DNA from: a virus
Direction: 5' to 3' (one strand)
DNA: 64,000 nucleotides
Virus record (IMG/VR): IMGVR_UViG_3300027782_000040
Shown here: one piece after another, positions 46,180 to 56,583 of the stretch
Layout of the letters: each line of letters starts with the position of its first letter
Position numbering within the stretch: position 1 is the stretch's first letter
Program-made: the position numbers and the translations under genes
The notes under the pieces: generated by a model
What the model saw: only the letters and a program-made list of their open reading frames with translations
What the model was told of the DNA's origin: nothing
Databases searched by the model: none

Positions 46180-48450
46180 ATGCAGAAAGGTAAAAAATTT
46201 CTGAGTGACTTGAAGTTACACTCGGACTATTTCAAATGGTTGGAAGATAAAGGAAGATATGAAACATGGGAAGATGCTTGTGAAAATATCATAGATGGAC
46301 ACAGAAAAAAATATGTGAACTATAAAAAAACGGTGGAACCGTATTTAGAGTCGGCATTAGAAAGTATGAAAGATCAGGCGGTATTAGCATCACAAAGAAA
46401 TTTACAATATAGATATGAACAAATAATGAAACACAATACGAGAATGTTTAACTGTACATCAGGACACATTGCTCGTAATAGAGTATTCCAAGAGATATTT
46501 TATCTTGCCTTATCTGGTTGTGGGTTCGGCGGAGGACTATCAATTCCATTTGTTAATAATTTAAGTAAAATTCAAAAAAGAACTTTAGGTACTAAAACAT
46601 ATGTAATTGAAGATAGTATTGAAGGATGGGCAAATTCGTTAGGAGTTATTATGTCGTCATATTTTGTTGATGAACAACCTTTCCCTGAATTTGCTGGATA
46701 TGAAGTAAAATTTGATTATTCACAAATCAGAGAAAAGGGCGCATTTATTAGTGGTGGATTTAAAGCACCTGGCCCTGAAGGATTAAAACAATCTTTAGAA
46801 AAAATTGAACAATTACTTGAAAAATGGTTAACTAATGAAGGAAATAAAATCAGACCAATTTTAGCGTTTGATATTATTTGTCATTCAGCTGACGCTGTAT
46901 TATCAGGTGGGGTTAGACGTTCAGCGTTGAATATGATTGTTGACCCTAACGATACTGAAATGATTCATGCAAAGACAGGTAATTGGAGAATGGAAAACCC
47001 ACAAAGAGGTCGTAGTAATAACTCAGTTTTGTTATTAAGAAGTGAAGTTCAAAAAGAACAATTTAATTACTTGGTACAACTTAATGATGGGGCTAATGAC
47101 ATTGGATTTGTATTTGCAAACAGTTGGTTTGATATGTTCAATCCATGTTTTGAAATCTTAAAAATACCAGTATTAGATACTGTGGATTTTTCTAAAATCA
47201 AATATGATGATGTTGAAGAATATGTTAAAAACAATAAAGAAAAATTTGGTATTCAAGGTTGTAACTTAACAGAAATTAATGCGGAGAAGGCAACTACTAA
47301 AGATAAATTTTTAAAGGCATGTAAAGATGCATCTATCTTAGGTACACTACAAGCGGGATATACAAGTTTCCCTTATTTAGGTGAAACAAGTAGAAAGATT
47401 TTTGAAAGAGAAGCGTTGTTAGGTGTTAGTATTACAGGTTGGATGAACAATCCAAAATTGTTCAACGCAGAATTATTAGAAGAAGGTGCTCAAATGGTAA
47501 AAGACACAAATAAAGAAGTTGCTGCGGTAATTGGTATTAACCAAGCAGCAAGAACTACTTGTGTTAAACCTTCAGGTAATGCGTCAGTCGTATTAGGAAC
47601 TGCTTCAGGTATTCATCCTGAACACTCTGAAAAGTATTTCCGTATTATGCAATTGAATAAAGAAAGTAACACAGCAAATTGGTTAGTTGATAATATGGGA
47701 TTCTTATTAGAAGAAAGTGTATGGTCATCAACTAAATCAGATTACGTTGTTTTTGTTCCTGTTGAAAATCCAAAAGTTGGTTTATTCAAAAAGGACATGA
47801 AAGGAATTAAACATCTTGAATTAATTAAGTTAGTTCAACAACATTGGGTAAATGCCGGAACTAATCACGAATTATGTGCTTACAAAGGAGTTAATCATAA
47901 TACATCTTGTACCGTTATTATAGATGACAAAGACGCAATTGTTGATTACATTTGGGAAGAAAGAGATTTCTTCACAGCGGTAAGTTTTATGTCTGATTAC
48001 GGAGATAAAGATTTTAATCAAGCACCATTCACTTCGGTATTGAATTTGGAAGACATTATTGAACAATATGGTAAAGGTTCAATTTTAGCTTCAGGATTAA
48101 TTATTGATGGATTACATTACTTCAATCAAAACTTATGGTTGGCTTGTGATACGTTATTAGATAGAAGTATTCAATTAACAGGGACTAGAGAACAAGTTCT
48201 ATTAAAAGAATATTGGTTGTCAAGAGCGAAGAAATTTGCTAAAAACTACTTTAAGAATGATATGAAGAAAATGGTTTATTGTTTAAAAGACGTTCATTTA
48301 TTTTATAAGTGGGAAACCGTTACCCGTCAATTCAAAGAAGTTAATTTTGGTGAAATCTTAAATAAACCTCAATATAAAGATATTAGTGACTTTGCAGCTC
48401 AAGCCTGTAGTGGAACTGATGGTTCTTGCGATATAACAAGAATTAATTAA
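46180..48450 (+). CDS. nrdJ: Class II (adenosylcobalamin-dependent, RTPR-type) ribonucleotide reductase
   Basis: FNC, GCGFG, DSIEGWA, DYSQIR..GA, GGVRRSA, NPCFEI, CNLTE, TCVKPSGNAS, C-terminal CSGTDGSC; no beta subunit adjacent. Confidence 0.85.
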   Translation: MQKGKKFLSDLKLHSDYFKWLEDKGRYETWEDACENIIDGHRKKYVNYKKTVEPYLESALESMKDQAVLASQRNLQYRYEQIMKHNTRMFNCTSGHIARNRVFQEIFYLALSGCGFGGGLSIPFVNNLSKIQKRTLGTKTYVIEDSIEGWANSLGVIMSSYFVDEQPFPEFAGYEVKFDYSQIREKGAFISGGFKAPGPEGLKQSLEKIEQLLEKWLTNEGNKIRPILAFDIICHSADAVLSGGVRRSALNMIVDPNDTEMIHAKTGNWRMENPQRGRSNNSVLLLRSEVQKEQFNYLVQLNDGANDIGFVFANSWFDMFNPCFEILKIPVLDTVDFSKIKYDDVEEYVKNNKEKFGIQGCNLTEINAEKATTKDKFLKACKDASILGTLQAGYTSFPYLGETSRKIFEREALLGVSITGWMNNPKLFNAELLEEGAQMVKDTNKEVAAVIGINQAARTTCVKPSGNASVVLGTASGIHPEHSEKYFRIMQLNKESNTANWLVDNMGFLLEESVWSSTKSDYVVFVPVENPKVGLFKKDMKGIKHLELIKLVQQHWVNAGTNHELCAYKGVNHNTSCTVIIDDKDAIVDYIWEERDFFTAVSFMSDYGDKDFNQAPFTSVLNLEDIIEQYGKGSILASGLIIDGLHYFNQNLWLACDTLLDRSIQLTGTREQVLLKEYWLSRAKKFAKNYFKNDMKKMVYCLKDVHLFYKWETVTRQFKEVNFGEILNKPQYKDISDFAAQACSGTDGSCDITRIN

Positions 48451-48614
48451 TGGTAGAAGGGGTAGATTATTACATAGATGAGAAGTCAGGGCTTATGGTT
48501 CTGACTTCTCTTTTTTTATTAAAGAGAGGGTACTGTTGTGGTAACGGATGTTCAGGATGCCCTTACTTACCCCCATATCAAAAGGGAAACACAAAAATAA
48601 AAGAAGATACATAA
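48450..48614 (+). CDS. Small Cys-rich protein (DUF5522-like), 54 aa
   Basis: Not in the track. MVEGVDYYIDEKSGLMVLTSLFLLKRGYCCGNGCSGCPYLPP...; start overlaps the nrdJ stop. Confidence 0.8.
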   Translation: MVEGVDYYIDEKSGLMVLTSLFLLKRGYCCGNGCSGCPYLPPYQKGNTKIKEDT

Positions 48615-48644
48615 CCATTTTCGTATTGTTTATATTTATTGAAT

Positions 48645-49097
48645 ATGGCAGCAACCTATGGAATAGATTTCCCATTTAGGGATAGTTTAGAAGGAAAGTT
48701 TTTAAAGATGACTGGTACTCCCGAAAGAGAGATTAGAGCGGATTTAATACACCTCCTATTGACAAAGAAGGGTAGTAGATATTTTCTACCTGATTTTGGT
48801 ACTAGATTGTATCAATACATCTTTGACCAAAACGACGCTGTTACATTTGGATTAATTGAAAGTGAAATTCGTGATTCTGTAAAAAAATATATCCCTAATT
48901 TGGATTTAACCTCAATAGTAGTGGTTTCAGCAGAAGACGACCCAGACCAAATTAATTCACTACAAGAAAATGAAGATAATAGACTTTTTAGGGTTTCTAG
49001 TCATTCTGAAAAACCACATACGGCTGTAGTTAAAATTGAATATACAGTAAATAACGGAGCATTTACGTCTTCGGATTTTATAATACTAAACATTTAA
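48645..49097 (+). CDS. Baseplate wedge subunit (gp25-like)
   Basis: GIDFPF, LLLTKKGSRYFLPDFGTRLYQYIFD. Confidence 0.9.
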   Translation: MAATYGIDFPFRDSLEGKFLKMTGTPEREIRADLIHLLLTKKGSRYFLPDFGTRLYQYIFDQNDAVTFGLIESEIRDSVKKYIPNLDLTSIVVVSAEDDPDQINSLQENEDNRLFRVSSHSEKPHTAVVKIEYTVNNGAFTSSDFIILNI

Positions 49098-49098
49098 G

Positions 49099-50931
49099 AT
49101 GAGTAAAAAAATATCATACGCAACAAGAGATTTTGCGGGTTTAAGGGAAGAGTTAGTAAATCTAACCACACAATATTATCCTGACTTGGTTAAGAACACC
49201 AACGACGCATCAATATTTTCAGTATTATTAGATTTAAATGCTGCGGTTGCAGATAACCTACACTTTCATATAGATAGAGTTTGGCAAGAAACAATGTTAG
49301 ATTTTGCTCAACAAAGACAATCGTTATTTCATATTGCGAAAACTTATGGTATGAAAATACCATGTAAAAGACCTTCAGTTGCGTTATGTGACTTTTCAAT
49401 GAATGTTCCGGTTAGAGGTGATAAAGAAGATGAAAGATATTTGGGAATTATGAGATCAGGAACACAAGTATCGGGAGGAGGACAAATTTTTGAAACAGTA
49501 GAGGATGTAGATTTTTCAAATCCATTTAATAGTAAAGGTGAACCAAATAGATTAAAAATACCAAATTTTAATGCTAATAATCAATTAGTGTCTTATACAA
49601 TCACAAAAAGAGAGGCGGTAGTTAATGGAGTTACAAGAATATATAGGAGAGTAATTACATCATTAGACCAAAAGCCATTTTTAAAATTATATTTACCTGA
49701 ACAAGATGTGTTAGGTGTTAGTAGTATCATACATAAAGATGGTACTAACTTTGGTGCAAATCCTACCTCAAATGAATTTAGTGATTTAACAAATAAATGG
49801 TATGAAGTTAAAAGTTTGGTACAGGATAAAGTTTTTGTTCCAGACCCAACCGCAGTATCGGATAAAAATAATTTTAAGGCGGGAACCAATAAAACCGTTA
49901 CAAATAAATTCATAACTGAATACACACCAGAAGGATATTTTTCAGTTACATTCGGTTCAGGTAATGTTGACCCATTAGATAATTTAGATAGTCATATGAA
50001 TGGTACAATGAAAGTTAACCTTTCAACCTATCTTAATAATATGTCATTGGGTGCAATACCAAAATCAAGTACAACCTTATTCATAAAATACAGAGTTGGT
50101 GGAGGTAAAGATTCCAATTTAGGTGTGAATGTTATCACGAGTATTGATAATATGGAATTGGACGTTAACGGACCTATATCTTCTATTAACACACAAGTGA
50201 CTCAATCTATGAGAGTTACAAATATAACACCTGCTGTCGGTGGTGCGGACCAACCAACAATTGAAGAATTAAGAAACATGATTTCTTTTAACTTTGCCGC
50301 ACAAAATAGAGCGGTAACATTGAACGATTATAAATCAATAATTGAGTTGATGCCAGCAACATTCGGAGCACCAGCAAAAGTGAATGTCATTGAAGAAGAT
50401 AATAAGGTAAAAATTAAAATTTTATCTTATGACGATAATGGTAATTTATCTGATACAGTTTCAAATACATTAAAAAGTAATATAATTGAATATCTTTCTG
50501 AATATAGAATGATAAATGACTATATTGACATTGCAAGTGGGGAAGTTATTGACTTATCATTGGAAATGGATATTGTCATCGATAAAAACGAAAACCCGAC
50601 AGATGTCATTAAAACAGCAATTAACGATACCATAGATTTCTTTGATAATTCTAAAAGAAAAATGGGTGACCCATTATTTGTTGGAGATTTAATTAGACAT
50701 ATTGGTCAAATACCTGGTGTAGTGAATGTAATCGATATCAGGGCATATAATAAGATTGGTGGGTTATATTCATCATCGGAAACTGCAATGGCATATAAAG
50801 ACACTTTAACCAAGGAAATTTTACAGTCAGATATGACCATTTTTATGAAGTCTAACCAAATATTCCAAATAAGGTTCCCTAATAGTGATATTAGAGTTAG
50901 AACTAAAACATTAGGAACGACTACATATTAA
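49099..50931 (+). CDS. Baseplate wedge subunit (gp6/J-like)
   Basis: YATRDF, FGSG, YRVGGG..SN, GGAD, AQNRAVTLNDY, IPGV. Confidence 0.9.
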   Translation: MSKKISYATRDFAGLREELVNLTTQYYPDLVKNTNDASIFSVLLDLNAAVADNLHFHIDRVWQETMLDFAQQRQSLFHIAKTYGMKIPCKRPSVALCDFSMNVPVRGDKEDERYLGIMRSGTQVSGGGQIFETVEDVDFSNPFNSKGEPNRLKIPNFNANNQLVSYTITKREAVVNGVTRIYRRVITSLDQKPFLKLYLPEQDVLGVSSIIHKDGTNFGANPTSNEFSDLTNKWYEVKSLVQDKVFVPDPTAVSDKNNFKAGTNKTVTNKFITEYTPEGYFSVTFGSGNVDPLDNLDSHMNGTMKVNLSTYLNNMSLGAIPKSSTTLFIKYRVGGGKDSNLGVNVITSIDNMELDVNGPISSINTQVTQSMRVTNITPAVGGADQPTIEELRNMISFNFAAQNRAVTLNDYKSIIELMPATFGAPAKVNVIEEDNKVKIKILSYDDNGNLSDTVSNTLKSNIIEYLSEYRMINDYIDIASGEVIDLSLEMDIVIDKNENPTDVIKTAINDTIDFFDNSKRKMGDPLFVGDLIRHIGQIPGVVNVIDIRAYNKIGGLYSSSETAMAYKDTLTKEILQSDMTIFMKSNQIFQIRFPNSDIRVRTKTLGTTTY

Positions 50932-50985
50932 AATGTTTTTTGTTTATAATAGTAGAAAATCTCCTTTTTTCTATTTATTAAAAGA

Positions 50986-53900
50986 ATGATACAGAAGCAT
51001 AGAATATCCACAAACATTGGGAAGGACCAAATAGTCAATCTTGAATTAAAACAAGATTTTGATTTTTTGGAAGTTCTATCATTAAGATTCACTCAAAAGG
51101 ATGTTTATTCATCAATGTGTTCGGATTACGGTGTGGTATGTGGTAGAATTACTGTTAACAATGGTTTAGGTGTACCAAACGCCAGAGTATCGTTATTTGT
51201 TCCACAATTACAAATTCATTCAAATGATCCAGTTATATCTGCGTTATATCCATATACAGAAATTGGGGACAAAGACAGTAACAATTATAGATACAATTTG
51301 TTACCATCAAGAAAACAACATGGCGGACATGAACCAACCGGTACATTTTTTGACCAAGAAGATATTTTAACAAGAGAAGAAGTTTTAGAAGTGTATGAAA
51401 CTTATTATTCGTATACAGTTAAAACTAATAGTTCTGGTGATTTTATGATTTGGGGGGTTCCATTAGGACAACAAACAATTCACGTTGATGTTGATTTATC
51501 TGATATTGGTTGTTTCTCTTTAAGACCTGATGATTTTATTAGACAAGGTGCTGGTTTAGACCAATTTAAAACATCATACGCTTTTAAAGCATCAGAAGAT
51601 TTAAATTCGTTACCACAAATTGTTTCATTTGATAAAACGATTGAAGTTTATCCTTTTTGGGGTAATAATGATTTTTGTGAAATTGGTTTAACAAGAACTG
51701 ATTTTGATTTATCCGATAAAGGTGTAAGAATTGAACCAAAAGCAATTTTATTAGGTTCAATATTTTCTGACCAAGGGAATAGTACTGTAAATAAAAATTG
51801 TACTTTAAGAGATGGAATGGGTAATAAATGTAACTTAATAACCGAACCAGCAACGGTTGAAATATTAAGATTTACAAATAAAAAAGACGAAAATAATAGA
51901 CCAATATTGGAACTTATGGAAACAAGTGAAGATATTGATGATAGTGGTTCGTTTATGATTTCAGTTCCAATGAATATGGAATATGTTTACACAAACGAAT
52001 TTGGTGAGAACGAAATTACAAACGACCCAAATAAAGGGGTACCAACATCCGCATGTTATAGATTTAGAGTATCAACAAAAAATGAATCATTAGGTAGGGT
52101 TAGAACTGTAGCTTCTTATTTAATTCCAAATATTAGGGAATATGCAACAACGGAATCAGAAATTGATAAATCATATACTTGGTCAACAAATTGGAATGAT
52201 TATCCGACGGGGGCAACAAACAATAACATCCTTTTTAATAATGTTAATGGGTCATATTACCCACAAGATTATTTTTATAGATTTAATTATAATAAAATTT
52301 ATAGTGTATCGTCATTTTTTGGATCTTATAGTGAAGGTAATTTAGGGATTACACAAATAGCACCAAAGGAGGAAGACGATTGTCAAAACAATTCACTCAC
52401 ACCTCCAATTAATCATGCGACACAAACAGTTACCTTCGCAATTTTATTGGCTATAATATTGAACACATTCGAAAGAATAAGTTATTACACAATCATTGCG
52501 GCTATACAGGTTTTAATTGTTCCATTTCAAGCATTATATAATTGGCACATATACATACGTGCTTTAAAAGTAACATTGATAGATTATTATCCATTTAGGG
52601 CGGGTGGTATTATTGATGTTGATACTAAAGTTATTGAACCATTACAAAGATTCGGTACTGTTCGTTTAGGTATTGCAATATATCCTGAATGTGAAACATG
52701 TGACAACTTAGATTATATAAATGATTTGCCAACAACAACGACAGATCCAGAATTAACGTTTCTTAAAGTTGCAACAGGAACAGGTGTTACGGATACATCT
52801 TTATACGCCACATGTGGGGTTGAGATTTTTGACGAATCAAGTGTTAGGATATTTTTATCAATTCCAACTACTGGAACCACATGTGCATCCGTATCACCTA
52901 TCTTCACAACGACAGGTACCACTATAACTAATATTATTGATAATCCAGGTAGATACATTATAAAATTTAACGATACAGGAGAATATGGAAATCTTAGTGT
53001 TTATGGGTATGACATATCGGGATCAGGAACAACAGCATATTATTACGATGATACAACGGGTTTAAGTTATACAGGTCAAACATTACCGACAGGAAGTATA
53101 GGATATGAAATATTTGATTCACTATCATTTTTAATTGGAGGTTCAAATACTTCAGGATTAAATAGTGAATTAGAAGGAGGATGTCAACAATATGTTACCG
53201 TGTATAAAGAATCAATTGTTTATGGAACATATTGTGCTAGTAACGCATCTACACCATATAGTGGATTAACATCGGCAAATATAAAATTAGGTACTGTTTG
53301 TACCACAGGTATAACCGTTGGTCAAGTTATTGCTGGTGTTAATAGTAATCCTTGTGGTACATGTGGCACACACAGTGGATTTTCTGAATTTAGATATGGA
53401 TTATTTACAATTATACCGGCGGCGGCAATTGCCAATTGGGGAGATAATTTTGATGCAATTACCGAATACGCAAGAAGAAAACTTGTTGCTAAAGTGTTCT
53501 GTGGTGGTATAGCAAATTATAAATTTATTGACAATTGGTTGACCGGTTCATTATATATGTTTCCATTTAAAGCAAAAGTTAGATGGGATAATGAGGAAAC
53601 ATTAGATTTAAATGTTAGAAGAACAAAATATTGTCCAGATTTAGTTTATTTTAAAGCAGGTACGGTGGAAAATCCTGATAAAAGATTTTATTATAGATCT
53701 ACATATTTTAATGGTACAACATTTAGTAGAAGTAGTAGAGAAAGTTTAGGTCACCCAACAACAATTGTTGATTTAGGACCAAGAGATGAATTTATAAAAG
53801 AAATATGTGTGGACCCACAATTAGACCCAAACTGTTCGGTTGTTAGAGATATTGGACCAACATCCTATCAAAATTTTAAAGAGATGTTAGGGTTATATAT

Positions 53901-54801
53901 TAATTATAAATTAGATTATTTAGCAACAGACCAAAATACAACAGGTGATTACAATTCATTTTTTGAAAACAATGGATACGGTGTACCTGGAACGGTAATG
54001 AATGGGGACATTCTTCAACTAATTTCAATAAATAATGAAGTTGGCATTGAAGAATTTGATTTACAAAATAGAAATTACGCAGCATATAATCCACAAGTGT
54101 TGGATGTTGAACAATATCCTGGATTATTGGATGGAGGACCACTACCAATAAATCTCGTATTAGATGATGGTGAAGGATATAGAGTTAGGGCATGTTTAAA
54201 TGAACCCGGAAGATTGACTGAATCATCACAAAAAGTTCCATTTTACTTGTGGGAAAAAGGTGGTACAGGTTTTGGTTCGAGTGTTAATCAACATTGGGAC
54301 TATACTACACCAATCTCAACTGCAAATGGTAATTTACAACCATTACAAGGTATGACCTATAATTACAAATACAGTGGAGATACGACACACAAATATTTGT
54401 TATTACCAATGACAAAACAATATAGTGGTGATACGTTTACATATACAGGTGTAACATATAATGATGTGTATGCGGATATTGAAACAACAGGAGCAACACA
54501 TACAACTTATAATAATCAAGAAGAAGGATTCACAGTACTCGAAATTGCCACAGGCACATTAGATAATCCATTAACGGGAACACTATGGATTAGAACGGGA
54601 GAAACAAGTAATTGGGCATCAAAGGCATGGACAAACGACCTTGATTTTATGGTAAAACCAACATCAACAAATTACGATGGTACAAAACAAATACTATCAA
54701 CACCATTTCTGTTTTATTTTGGATTAAGACCAGGTAAAACCGCAATAGATAAACTAATAGAAAAATACGGACCAAAAGGTGCGTTCCCGTCTGCTGAATA
54801 A
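50986..54801 (+). CDS. Large virion protein, 1271 aa (Cys-rich, with a hydrophobic segment)
   Basis: Follows the wedge genes; N-terminal GVVCGRI...GVPNARVS...TNSSGDFMIWGVP beta-sandwich-like motif. Confidence 0.65.
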   Translation: MIQKHRISTNIGKDQIVNLELKQDFDFLEVLSLRFTQKDVYSSMCSDYGVVCGRITVNNGLGVPNARVSLFVPQLQIHSNDPVISALYPYTEIGDKDSNNYRYNLLPSRKQHGGHEPTGTFFDQEDILTREEVLEVYETYYSYTVKTNSSGDFMIWGVPLGQQTIHVDVDLSDIGCFSLRPDDFIRQGAGLDQFKTSYAFKASEDLNSLPQIVSFDKTIEVYPFWGNNDFCEIGLTRTDFDLSDKGVRIEPKAILLGSIFSDQGNSTVNKNCTLRDGMGNKCNLITEPATVEILRFTNKKDENNRPILELMETSEDIDDSGSFMISVPMNMEYVYTNEFGENEITNDPNKGVPTSACYRFRVSTKNESLGRVRTVASYLIPNIREYATTESEIDKSYTWSTNWNDYPTGATNNNILFNNVNGSYYPQDYFYRFNYNKIYSVSSFFGSYSEGNLGITQIAPKEEDDCQNNSLTPPINHATQTVTFAILLAIILNTFERISYYTIIAAIQVLIVPFQALYNWHIYIRALKVTLIDYYPFRAGGIIDVDTKVIEPLQRFGTVRLGIAIYPECETCDNLDYINDLPTTTTDPELTFLKVATGTGVTDTSLYATCGVEIFDESSVRIFLSIPTTGTTCASVSPIFTTTGTTITNIIDNPGRYIIKFNDTGEYGNLSVYGYDISGSGTTAYYYDDTTGLSYTGQTLPTGSIGYEIFDSLSFLIGGSNTSGLNSELEGGCQQYVTVYKESIVYGTYCASNASTPYSGLTSANIKLGTVCTTGITVGQVIAGVNSNPCGTCGTHSGFSEFRYGLFTIIPAAAIANWGDNFDAITEYARRKLVAKVFCGGIANYKFIDNWLTGSLYMFPFKAKVRWDNEETLDLNVRRTKYCPDLVYFKAGTVENPDKRFYYRSTYFNGTTFSRSSRESLGHPTTIVDLGPRDEFIKEICVDPQLDPNCSVVRDIGPTSYQNFKEMLGLYINYKLDYLATDQNTTGDYNSFFENNGYGVPGTVMNGDILQLISINNEVGIEEFDLQNRNYAAYNPQVLDVEQYPGLLDGGPLPINLVLDDGEGYRVRACLNEPGRLTESSQKVPFYLWEKGGTGFGSSVNQHWDYTTPISTANGNLQPLQGMTYNYKYSGDTTHKYLLLPMTKQYSGDTFTYTGVTYNDVYADIETTGATHTTYNNQEEGFTVLEIATGTLDNPLTGTLWIRTGETSNWASKAWTNDLDFMVKPTSTNYDGTKQILSTPFLFYFGLRPGKTAIDKLIEKYGPKGAFPSAE

Positions 54802-56582
54802 TGGAAAAGAAACAAATCATATTACCAAGTAAAAAGTTCGCAAAGGCGGATGACCAAGAATTAGAATTAAAACTAAATCTTGATAATAGTGATACACTTA
54901 TGCGAATAGGTGAAAGGGATATAATATTAGATATAGATGAACAATATTATAAAGAACGTAATGAAAGTATAAATTATAAGATATACGGAAAATTAAAAAT
55001 GATTTTTAGAAATTTATATTCCGGTAGTACAGGTTCATATGAACCTTTAACGAAGAGTCTTTATTTAAATGGTGATGGTAGTGATAATAATTTCAATGGA
55101 TTTTTACCATATGATGAATTTGCATTTTTAAGAAGGGACGTTTATAGGGAAGTAAATTTACCAGTAACTGGAAATACAATAGGGACCTTTACACCAAATA
55201 TAGTAAAATCAGGATCAACGGCACACACAACTATAACACCAATATCGGCACCATATCAAAATTGGAATTTATATTTAAGTTATGTGTATAGTGGTGATAG
55301 TAATTTTAATATGGTTTATACGTTAACAGGTGTAACAGGTAGTACGAAAGTTAGTTTTACCGCTAAAGATGGTATACCATTTAGGGTTGTAAATTATAAC
55401 ACATACTATGAATTGACATCACCAGTTGAACATGGAATGAACGAAGGAGAACACGTGGTTTTATCAGGTGGAACGTTAACAGGATTATCAAACCCAACTG
55501 GTTCAACATTTTATATTAATTCAGTTGGTAATGAAACATTTGACTCTGGAAAATATGTTATTAATATTTTAAAGTCACAAATAAAAACAGGAACAACACT
55601 CAATACAATTATGTTAGGTAAAAGATGTAAAGATTTTACCAATATCGTTCCCTCAACATCTAAATATTACGTTCACAAACATAAAACATTAACTAACACA
55701 GGTGGATATATAATGGATTCACTTGGATTTGAAAGTCCAGTGTTTGAAGATGAGAAAAAATTGTTACTTGAAAATAGTGCAGGAATAAATGATGTTGTGG
55801 TTGAAAGAAATAGAATGGAATCTGTTTTATACGATTTTAAAGAACCATTTAAATTAAGCGGATTAACAAATAATTTAGGATTTAGTCCAACAAATGTTTT
55901 TGTTACTGCAATTTTTAGAAATGGAAATGGATATTTTAATTATCCACCAAAGGTTGGATATAAATTTAATTTCCACGATACGTGGATTGATGAACATTTT
56001 AGTGGAACTACGTCAAACGAAACAAGTTTAACAAGTTCTGGATTTACAAAAAGTGGAGTTACATTTTTAAGTGGTCAAACATTACCAATCGGTTCAATAT
56101 TAAATGGTGCCTTTGTTGAGTATAATCCAAAAGAAATGACCGAAAGAATTGTTAGTGAAGCATTTCATAAAATCACAAATCCCACAAATATATTTGACCA
56201 TAATCAAGATATGAATGTAGATGGTTTTAGTGGTGCCACATCTGGAAATACAATGGGATTAATATACCAACCACATTATAGAATTAAATTAAGAGAATTA
56301 TCACCATATACTGAAACGGCAAATACTAATGATATTTTCAACTTACCTGAAAATGCAAAGTATGACCCATATGATAAAGTTTGGAGATGGAGAGATATAT
56401 ATGACCATGGTTATGTTGATTCCGATGGATTCGGAACAGATTTTCCTTTTATGAATGGAAATCATTATGTTAAAGCAAACATTAATTTCTATTTAAGAAA
56501 TGAAAGATATTATAAAAATAAATCAAATGGAATAATGAATTTCATGGATGTAAATAATAAAAATAGTAATTCAGATTGTTAA
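54801..56582 (+). CDS. Putative virion structural protein, 593 aa
   Basis: Translationally coupled within the structural operon; rich in (S/T)GxT. Confidence 0.65.
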   Translation: MEKKQIILPSKKFAKADDQELELKLNLDNSDTLMRIGERDIILDIDEQYYKERNESINYKIYGKLKMIFRNLYSGSTGSYEPLTKSLYLNGDGSDNNFNGFLPYDEFAFLRRDVYREVNLPVTGNTIGTFTPNIVKSGSTAHTTITPISAPYQNWNLYLSYVYSGDSNFNMVYTLTGVTGSTKVSFTAKDGIPFRVVNYNTYYELTSPVEHGMNEGEHVVLSGGTLTGLSNPTGSTFYINSVGNETFDSGKYVINILKSQIKTGTTLNTIMLGKRCKDFTNIVPSTSKYYVHKHKTLTNTGGYIMDSLGFESPVFEDEKKLLLENSAGINDVVVERNRMESVLYDFKEPFKLSGLTNNLGFSPTNVFVTAIFRNGNGYFNYPPKVGYKFNFHDTWIDEHFSGTTSNETSLTSSGFTKSGVTFLSGQTLPIGSILNGAFVEYNPKEMTERIVSEAFHKITNPTNIFDHNQDMNVDGFSGATSGNTMGLIYQPHYRIKLRELSPYTETANTNDIFNLPENAKYDPYDKVWRWRDIYDHGYVDSDGFGTDFPFMNGNHYVKANINFYLRNERYYKNKSNGIMNFMDVNNKNSNSDC

Positions 56583-56583
56583 C

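Noticed and set aside
13292-48450. Inteins or introns in PolB, SNF2, DnaB or NrdJ
   Set aside because: ORFs are continuous; no intein termini or LAGLIDADG motifs recognised
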